Source: Macrostomum lignano (lineage: Eukaryota). Taken from it: a DNA stretch of 64,000 nt. The notes beneath the pieces were generated by a model, which made no database searches, was not told the origin of the DNA, and worked only from the letters and a program-made list of their open reading frames with translations. This document shows positions 55,690 through 64,000 of this stretch, piece after piece; positions within the stretch are counted from its first letter, which is position 1, and the number at the start of each line of letters is the position of its first letter. The position numbers and the translations under genes were made by a program. Location of the stretch: NCBI GenBank assembly GCA_002269645.1, contig NIVC01000010.1, forward strand, positions 1,116,001 through 1,180,000, written 5' to 3'.

Positions 55690-56745
55690 AAGGCTCTCAA
55701 AGAATAACTGAGATTACGGGGGGGGTTTCTAGATGTCAAAGCAAAAGTCAGAAGCTACTTCAAAGTTCATGTACTTTACTCAATTTTTTTATTGCATTCT
55801 TTGTTGGCTCGCCACGGGGGGCGCTGATAGAAGAAGAGTCATGTAAAAAATAAAAGTAGCACTATGTATACATAAAAGAAAAGTCATGTCGAAGTTAAAA
55901 GATTCATTTGGGAATTGCTACGATGTCAAAGCTTGGTGGAAATCGTTATAGTGCTGTGATTCTTAAAGAAGGAATCACTAAAATTTTAAGGCTTAGGGGA
56001 GCAGAATTGCTGAGATTTCAAGGCTTTAGGTTGGGTTAAAGTTAGGTTTAGGTCAGGTGTGGGTTGAGGGTTATATTTTATCGGGTTTCAAGGTTAACAG
56101 AATAACAGGGGATTTTTTAGATTTCAAGGTTTATGGGGGCCATCGCTGACATGTAAGGCTTACGGGGGGAATAGCTGAGATGTCAAGGCTCACGGGGGTA
56201 TAAATGAGATTTCAAGGCTAAAGTCAGAAGCTACATGTAGTTTATTGAAAAGTTTTTATTACATTATTTGATGCCTCCTCAGGGGAGGGATCGCTGATAA
56301 AAAAAAGCGTAATGTAAAAAATAAAAGAAGCTTCATGTCGAAGTTAAGAGATTCATTTGGGAATCCCTACGATGTCGAGGCTTGCAGGGAATCGCTATAA
56401 TGCTGTAGTGCTATAATGACTGTTGGAGAGAATTACTGAAATTTCAATGTTAGGTTAGGGTTAAGGTTAGGGTTAGGGCTAGGGTTAGGGTTAGGGTTAG
56501 GCTAGGGTTAGGGTTAGAAGGTTGACAGATATTTTTAGATTTCCAAGGCTTATTGGGGGCATTGCTGAGATGTCAAGGGGGGAAGTTGATATGTTAAAGC
56601 TTGTGGGGAGGGAATTACTGACATGTCAAGGCTTACAAGGTTTGACAGGAGATTTTTTAAGATTTCAAGGATACATGTAGCTTATTAAAAAACGTGTATT
56701 GCATTTCTTTGGCTCCCCAACGGGGGGCGTAGATTGCTAGTAATA
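55690..56745. repeat. Two diverged tandem blocks of about 540 bp, each containing a TTAGGG-like tract
   Basis: AAAGTCAGAAGCTAC...CATGTCGAAGTTAA.AGATTCATTTGGGAAT occurs near 55743/55885 and again near 56220/56335. TTAGGG-like tracts at about 56025-56070 and 56449-56517. Confidence 0.7.
56449..56517 (+). repeat. Short interstitial (TTAGGG)n telomere-like tract
   Basis: About 11 imperfect TTAGGG units seen directly. Confidence 0.85.
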
Positions 56746-56879
56746 TTTTGCTAAGAATACTAAGAAAGGTTTTCTTGCTAACCATAATAAGAACTTTGTA
56801 TAAAACTAATAAGATAACACTGAGATGTGTACGCTTACTAAGATAAACCCCTGTAAGAATTATTTTACTAAGATAACTA

Positions 56880-58558
56880 TAGGGTGTCGACCTGGGTACT
56901 TTTGGCCCTCAACGCGCCAACTAGCCTCTCGTAGCGCTGATGATAGGCTAACTCGAACATCAGAGACCGCATGATTCATTACCTGAGCCGCTTGGCAAAC
57001 CTAGAATGCACAGTCATCTCTAGCGCCGATATTGCACTATTGGCAGTTTTGCTCACTGATTTGATGGATTGATCGACTGAGGACTGCCTTGCCATTGGTC
57101 CACTATGACCGGCGCCTACTAGTGTAACCGGTCTATGTTTAATTAAAACTCCGGTGCTTACTATTAAATTCCACCGCTGAGACACCAAATGTAATAGCTT
57201 CTGCTAATTAAACTTGACGGCTTGGCTAGCAAATCCCACCGTCGCTACCAAATGTAACCGGGTCAAGTCGTTAATGAGTTTGCACTTTGCTAATCCCAAC
57301 GCTGTTTCCAGCAAATGTAAAAGGTGAAAAATTAATTAAAGTTCTGGTGTGGTTGGTTGGTGAATTTAACTATGAAATTGCGACTAACGCTAACTTGGCT
57401 ACTGCTGGCGAGTAGTCTACCAAGAATATTAATTCCAGCGCGGAGTTCAAACGGACCTCCTGTCGCGAGTGCCCTATAATTTCCTATGGGCCCTATGGCT
57501 CGCGGAACTATAGTTTTTCCTCTGGGCCTCCTGGTCCCTACGGTCTTTGTTTGTCGGCAGACTGTGACTCACACGCACTCTAGCACTCTGATGATTCAGC
57601 GTCTGGCCTGGCTCAGACGGACCTCTTGTCCGCGAACTCTTAGTGAGCGGAGTGACTGGCTTCTCTATTTCCGGGTGGACATGAGTCCCAAATAACTTTA
57701 ACTTTCGGTAGCTTTCCGAGAATTGGTCTAAGGCAAAACTGCTTATTTTGCACCAGTCGAAGAGCGGTACCCTGAGATGGTCTGATAGAGCAATGCCAAT
57801 AATTTCTTGATAAGTTACGTTCCCCAATGTATCGATAATTCAGTCCCAAACTATTAATTGTCACGAAAGGTAGATCGCTGCCACCAATCGAAGCTATGAT
57901 TAAATGACTGAGCCAAAACCGCTATCAAAGAAGATTTGAATAACTTGAATTAGAACTTAGATTGAACGATAACTAAATCACTGCCAATTTTCAATTGTAA
58001 TTACTAAACGATAAATTAACAAATATTGGAGCTAGCGCACCAGCAGAAAATAATAATTAACCTTAACAAAATTAATGAACAAAAACACAAAGATAAGCTC
58101 GGCCTCCTGTGTCCTTACCAACACAGTCTGTTAGAGCTAAGATTTAGTTGGCTAATCTAACTTAGTACTAAGGAGCAGTGCTCAACTAAGACTCAATAGT
58201 CACTAATAACTAGTCATGAACTAATAGTTTGTCAGGCACACCGGGCCGATCTTACAAGACAATACTAAACTGGGAGCACACAGTCTGGGCTACGAGGCAG
58301 CTCTGGGCCTACGAGAACAACAGTCAACACGGCAAAAAGGGGGAGAGGCGGAGTCGAATTCGAATCGGTGCGCGCGGTATTTATATACCCGCAGAAACAG
58401 TGCAGTAAAACAACTGGTGGACCTCTTGTCACACATATCCGGTAAACTATTCGTTCTCGCATGTGCAGGATCTTCCAGTGAATTAATTGCGCACGTTAGT
58501 ATACTCTCTCAAGTTATTAGTAATATAATAATAACTAATTATTCACGTAATTAACGAT
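56880..58558 (-). mobile_element. LTR-retrotransposon remnant, copy 2: LTR, leader, PBS-like array and a decayed gag-like start
   Basis: Inverted homolog of 53725-55013. On the minus strand GGTTACA-TT-TGGTAGCGACGGTGGGAT (57259-57233) is a canonical LTR-end/tRNA-PBS junction. It is followed by a stop-interrupted frame MARQSSVDQSIK...RLR**IMRSLMFELAYHQRYERLVGALR. Confidence 0.68.
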
Positions 58559-59399
58559 GAATTCCTAGGAGCCCTACCACACTAGCTTAGCTACTCATCT
58601 GAGCCATCGGCGAACAAAGAAACAAAACCGATAAAAATAACTGTTAGATTTAACTTTCTCCTTAAATCGCTTCACACTTCAGATTGAATTGGAGTTTCGG
58701 ACTACTAACAGTATTATTGAATGATTTCTGGCTCAATAACAGCACTACTGAACAAAATGAGCAAAATTGTGCGCCTACCCAACCAATCAGAAACTCAACA
58801 GCCGGAGACAAGGTAATCCACAGTGACCGAATCGGCTTAGTGCTTTGCAGCTGTAGGCCTGGGATGATGCTGATGTCACAACCTTCGCAGATAGCTAGCA
58901 GGTGATGCTCTTAACCTTGATGTTCGCTGCTGACGACCGGGGGGATTCGTCCTTGATGATGATGGGGGAAGTCGCGATCCAGGGATCAAGAGACGACGGT
59001 CGAGCTCCGGGAGGTCTAAGTTAGGCCAAAGTCCCAGGAGGCGGAGCAGGAGGTTGAGTCCGAGCGGGCCAAAAACGCCGGTTTAAATAGCCGCCAACTG
59101 GACCGCAATTTGTTATAATGGAACACCTCGACGCTGATTGGCTGAGCCGACTTGTTATAACGCACGTCGAATTTTCTGATTGGCTGAGCTTGTTGCCACC
59201 CAAACTCACGTGACCAGAAGATCCTATCAGTTCCCTTGGGGCCATAAAAATACGACAGGTGCGGTCATAGATCACTCAAAATCGCTACATAATGACTTAT
59301 GACCTTTCGCGTAGGAATGACAGAAATTAATGAAAAAATATACATTAGAAAGCTCTTATTGAGTAGAAAATGAAGACGATGAAGAGAAATCACTAATCG

Positions 59400-59693
59400 C
59401 TGATCCCAACGTACTTTTAGGGGTAAAACGCATAGCTGTCAAAGCTGTCACACGCTTGAGTAAACACGAACAATAGGCCCTGACCTCATAAATCTTGATG
59501 GCCTGTCGAAATCGTTTTTCGAATATTTGACCCACTTCCCATTCGAATTTTTCATCAAAAAAGTTAAGCACGATCCCCGAAAAATTTGGTATTTTTTAAA
59601 GCAAATTTGAAAAAAATCTGCCAGACGGTTCTCGAAAAAATCAACGACAAACTGACAGACAAACAGCGCAAAATTAGTATATAGTATAAGATC
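59400..59693 (+). mobile_element. Possible non-autonomous Helitron-like (Lep1/DINE-type) 3' end
   Basis: GAATTTTTCATCAAAA...CAGACGGTTCTCG...GACAGACAAACAGCGCAAAATTAGTATATAGTATAAGAT resembles that class of ends as recalled from memory. Single copy in this window. Confidence 0.4.
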
Positions 59694-60979
59694 AACGCTT
59701 ATTATATATAGTGGTTGACTTGGGGTGGGAGTTAATCTTCTTTGTACGAAACATTATTTATCCACAGGCTCAGTACAGAAACAACCACCCCAGCCAACTA
59801 CACTTTATAATCAGTGTTCACTGCTCTTATTTGCGCACGAAAAGCTTATATGCCAACTGCAGTACGCACATTGGAATTGCCGCGGTTTGTTCGTGGATTT
59901 TTCGCGGATTATTTTTGGGATTTCCTAACTTTTACTCTAACTATATGTAAATAGTCCCATTCGTCTATATATATGTAGTGTAACTGAAGATGGCTTCTCC
60001 ATGGCATTGCCACGGTTCAACCATAGCCAGTTCGTGCTATAAAAAGGACTTCTCCGGTAAGTTCTATCTGCAGGATTACTGCAATTATACTCTCGTTTGC
60101 GGTACTAATCTGCTTAAGGGTGCAATTCACGCTACTGAGAAATTAAGGACCTCCACACCAGTTGCTCTGAGAACACTAGCTAGCTACGTGTAGATAGGAC
60201 GCATTCCCACTTGCTTGTCATGCATTAGGAAAATGATTATCTCTGTTAAAGAAGTACATAAAAAGTATAAACTAATCTGTAATATTATTCTCATTGAGAA
60301 AAAAACTCTTATTGAAATATTGCATATATTACATTCACATTAAAACTCGAACGCTTTCTTACAATTTTGCTTTACACACCTTATATCGAGGATATATTAT
60401 TGCCGTTGCTAAATTGCTCATTTGTCAATTGTTTTGATCGTCCTAAAAAGAAATTCAGAAGTCGTATTTATTATAGTTAGAGACCAGTCTCATTGCCTGC
60501 TGATTTCTAGAAGATTTCTTTGTCTTGTTTTGTTTCAGCTAGCCTAGAATTAAAGAGAAATTTCCGCGGAAATTCCACGTTATTGCCGGGAGTCGAAAAT
60601 AGCACTGACGGTATTAGTCTCCAAAACAGCTGATAAAAATAGAGTACTGGCAGCGGTGTTTTGCATGGACTAAATACGAGCTATAGACACACAAGCAAGT
60701 GTGTACACACCACTTTCGATGACGAAAAATGTGTTTGACTGGTTAAAAAAGCTGGAAAATTTATCTTATAGATTAGATTAGATTCTTTTAAGGTCACATC
60801 CTAGATGTATGATACATAAAATTACAAAGTTGTAACTGTTATATTAGAATAAACGTGAGACTATTGAACTAGGTATTGAAAAAGAAAACGCTTGCCCAAC
60901 CATATCTTAGCTTTCAATGAAAAACTAAGGATAAAGCCAAAAGCTTTAACAATAGGCTATTTAGCCAAGACCCTTCTAT

Positions 60980-63151
60980 ATGATACTAAAATCAGTGATT
61001 AGAAAAAATACCTGTGGTACTAAAAGCACCCAACCTTATTCGCATAAAACGAACTATCATTTGCAGAAATTTAGCCTGGTGACCGAACAAAGAAGAAGCA
61101 TCTACATGTCGACAGAAGTACAAAACCCAAAAAGTTCAAACTTAATTAAAAAAGGTACGTCAAAAACAAAAGAGTGCATAAAAACGGAATGTTCAAAAAT
61201 TAATTGCTATGTGGATGAAATTAGAAACGTCTTCAAACTTACCGTCCATCTTGTTAAAGAATTCGAGAGCGTTCTCAAAAAAAGAGCATATTATCTCTCA
61301 AAAAACATTTCAAATATTTTCTATGAAATTACACATTCTGCACTGAATGCCACAGATAATATGGACCATATAATAAATTGCATTGAAGAAGAACAACAGA
61401 TTGCAGACGAAAAGATCCAAAGTCTTTTGTCCGTAGCTTTATCTGAAATGCAAAAACAGCGACTGCTTGTCATGAAGTCTTCAAACCAAATATCTGACCA
61501 ACGAATAGTCGAGCACAAAATACAGACAGGCAAAAGCAAGGTACTGCGGTACTACAACAACAGCACACCTGGTGGCAGAGCGTCATCCGTGCCGCAGACT
61601 CTGGACTTCCGCAATCAGCGATGGGACACGAGTGGAATGCCGGCCTCGATTCCACAACACCTGTGGGACATGAGACGAGAGGAGAACAGGTGGCAGTCCT
61701 TCCACCTGCCAGATGCCAGCTTCACAGCGGCTCACCTGGTGTCAGTGACGGATCTGGCTGCTGACGGATTCTTTTACCTGCAGGAGTCGGACAGAGTAAA
61801 GTGTGCATTCTGCAAGGGTGTGCTCAAGGACTGGGAGGCGGGCGAGCAGGTCCGAGAGGCTCACAGACGCCACTTCTCCACCTGTCCGTTCGTTCTGTTC
61901 GTCGAGGTCGGCAACGTGCCTCGAGAACACAGAGAGCCAGAAAGAGTCTTGATTTCAGCAAAGATAGTAGAGGCAGTGCAATGCTGTGATCAGACTGCAG
62001 ATGATGCAGCAGTGATGGTGAACGGAGACTGGAGCATGAAGCTGGTCGCTGAGCTATCACCGATGGAGTTCACTGGATTGAACGAGTGGGCGCTGGCGAC
62101 ACGCACAACTATTGGAACGAATGCAGAACGCGGTGTGGAGGACGAGCTGGTCGCAGTCGACATGATGAAGCGTCCTCAGCTTCCAGTGTCGAGCGAAGTA
62201 GCGAGATCTGCGTGCTCCGAGAGAGCTCTCACGAACCTGTCCGCTCTGCAGCACAGTCTCGAGAGTGATCCATCGAGTGTGACTGCCAAACACGTACAGT
62301 TCGAGACCTACCAAGCGAGGTCGCAGTCTCTGCACTCGGCTCTTGTTCAGCAGCCAGTGTACTTGCTTGCAAAGGCGGGCTTCTTCTACTCGGAAGCCGA
62401 GAGAGCGACCTGCTGCTTCAGCTGCGGAGTTCGAATGAGCGAGTGGAGCTGCGACGATGATGTGTGGGTTGAGCACGCCAGGTGGTCACCTCGGTGTCCT
62501 CACGTGTTGTTGGAGCGAGGTAGCGACTTTGTGCAGACAGTGCACCGACTGTCGCCTCCCGTGCAGCACCCGACTTGTGGCGCCTCTGCTCAGCGTCCCA
62601 CTGCAGTGGTACAGACGGACTCAACTGCATCAGCTGGTGCTGCGACTGTCGACGGGTCTGCAGTCCGCAGCAGTCGCGCAGATGAGGCTCTCGCAGTCAC
62701 ACCTGGAGTCGAGTTCAGAGTCGAGGCCAGAGACATCAAGGCGAGAGCCGACCTGCCCGTTGTGAGACTGCTCACTCAGCTCGGATTCTCCGCTCTGCAA
62801 GTGAGACTGTTCACAGAGCTGCATCTCAGACAGCGAGGCGATGACTTTGCCACATCGGAGCTGTTCCTCGACTTCATGCTCACCGAGAGCCGCCGCATGC
62901 GCAAGCAGTCGCAGGATCCGGAGGCGTTCTTCGAGAGCAGGATGTCTCAGATTCGGGAGTCTCTGAACCAACAGCCGAGACCCCGAGACACAACCGACTG
63001 GAAGACGTGCAAGGTGTGCATGGACAAGGAGGTGAACATCATGCTGCTGGACTGTGGTCACGTGGCCTGCTGCTCAGTGTGCGCCAAGTCGCTGAAGACG
63101 TGCCCCATCTGCAGAGCCTTCATTCGTGGGGTGGTATTTGTGCAAATGTGA
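60980..63151 (+). CDS. Inhibitor of apoptosis protein (2 BIR, UBA-like, RING), intronless, up to 723 aa
   Basis: BIR1 LAADGFFY..DRVKCAFCKGVLKDW..EAHRRHFSTCPFV; BIR2 LAKAGFFY..CCFSCGVRMSEW..DVWVEHARWSPRCPHV; RING CKVCMDKEVNIMLLDCGHVACCSVCAKSLKTCPICR. Alternative starts at 61106 and 61637. Confidence 0.93.
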   Translation: MILKSVIRKNTCGTKSTQPYSHKTNYHLQKFSLVTEQRRSIYMSTEVQNPKSSNLIKKGTSKTKECIKTECSKINCYVDEIRNVFKLTVHLVKEFESVLKKRAYYLSKNISNIFYEITHSALNATDNMDHIINCIEEEQQIADEKIQSLLSVALSEMQKQRLLVMKSSNQISDQRIVEHKIQTGKSKVLRYYNNSTPGGRASSVPQTLDFRNQRWDTSGMPASIPQHLWDMRREENRWQSFHLPDASFTAAHLVSVTDLAADGFFYLQESDRVKCAFCKGVLKDWEAGEQVREAHRRHFSTCPFVLFVEVGNVPREHREPERVLISAKIVEAVQCCDQTADDAAVMVNGDWSMKLVAELSPMEFTGLNEWALATRTTIGTNAERGVEDELVAVDMMKRPQLPVSSEVARSACSERALTNLSALQHSLESDPSSVTAKHVQFETYQARSQSLHSALVQQPVYLLAKAGFFYSEAERATCCFSCGVRMSEWSCDDDVWVEHARWSPRCPHVLLERGSDFVQTVHRLSPPVQHPTCGASAQRPTAVVQTDSTASAGAATVDGSAVRSSRADEALAVTPGVEFRVEARDIKARADLPVVRLLTQLGFSALQVRLFTELHLRQRGDDFATSELFLDFMLTESRRMRKQSQDPEAFFESRMSQIRESLNQQPRPRDTTDWKTCKVCMDKEVNIMLLDCGHVACCSVCAKSLKTCPICRAFIRGVVFVQM

Positions 63152-64000
63152 GTTGCAGTCGACCGATTGGATACAGGTTGATTAGCAACTTCTTCTGACT
63201 CGATATGTGATTTGTATGTCGGTGGCAAATGCACCAGAGAACTTGTAAAAAAGCTGCAACGTTGCTTCAACAGAAAAAATCATTCGTAGTCGGATGAATA
63301 AATCAATATTTGGTGAAGTAGGACAAAGCTTACATGGGAATTTCAGCTACGAGTATGTTGAAAGAAAGTGAGTTCTTCGTTCGGTGAATTATTCTAAGCT
63401 GCAATATCTAGAACGAAAGTAGGTGAATGCACAATATTCTTAAGAAATAAGCAATGGACTTTCTTACGCTTTTTAAAACTAATGGAACTTGCCCTCGGGA
63501 TGCTTTCAATGTTGACTCTCTTTTGTACAGATATGGATATCAATATGAGATCAATATTTTATGAGTGCAAGAGAGTGGCCTACGCCTGAAGAAAGCGACA
63601 TAAGTTTTTATAAAAGGATTTGTTTTCGGACTTTCAATACCGGAACTCATCAATGAAACATTTGCAATGTTTTTTATATGGAATTGCGAAGCTTTGAAAG
63701 CTAAAGACTGCTGCTGAAGTATTCGAAGCCGAGAGTTATAGTGTGCTTTCATCAGTCGTCGCAACAGTTCGCTTTTCATATCAAAAGCTTTGAACGTTGA
63801 CTCCAATCAAAATGACTTACTGTTTCTGAAAAAGTTCACAGATTTCGGCATGGGACTCAAGCCAGAACGGAAGTCGGTGACGTCATGAATTGCAAAAATC
63901 TGTATAGCTTTTGCATAGATTTTGCGATGAGACGCCTTTTTGAGAACTTGGACCTCTGATCTTTGATTTTCAATCCATTTAAAGTAACAAATATTTTATT

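Noticed and set aside
56900-59300. Hammerhead ribozyme / Penelope-like termini near the inverted repeats
   Set aside because: The CTGATGA occurrences I inspected by eye lack a stem II followed by GAAA. An Infernal search would be needed to exclude this fully.

Overview
This is eukaryotic (metazoan) genomic DNA, not prokaryotic. It has spliceosomal GT-AG introns, GC-rich exons and introns packed with tandem repeats. The style suggests a free-living flatworm such as Macrostomum, but that is an inference only. I reconstructed eight protein-coding genes by reading splice sites and checking intron phases by hand: EFTUD2/Snu114 (+, 5 exons); an SLC10-family Na+/bile-acid symporter (+, 5 exons); a strongly divergent ETS-domain gene nested antisense in SLC10 intron 2 (-, 4 exons, only fragmentary in the ORF track); an ACK/TNK2-like pseudokinase (+, at least 5 exons); an intronless ABHD17-like depalmitoylase (-); an intronless class A GPCR (+); a SUSD2/Mesh-like AMOP-VWD-sushi protein (+, 8 exons); and an intronless 2xBIR+RING IAP (+). 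Mobile DNA includes two tRNA-derived SINE families, a three-layer nest of DNA transposons (MITE host plus hAT and MULE inserts, with an empty host copy elsewhere in the window), and two inverted LTR-retroelement remnants. One of the LTR remnants carries four repeated LTR-end/PBS-like junctions. No rRNA, true tRNA gene or CRISPR array is supported, and most long ORFs in the track are tandem-repeat artefacts.
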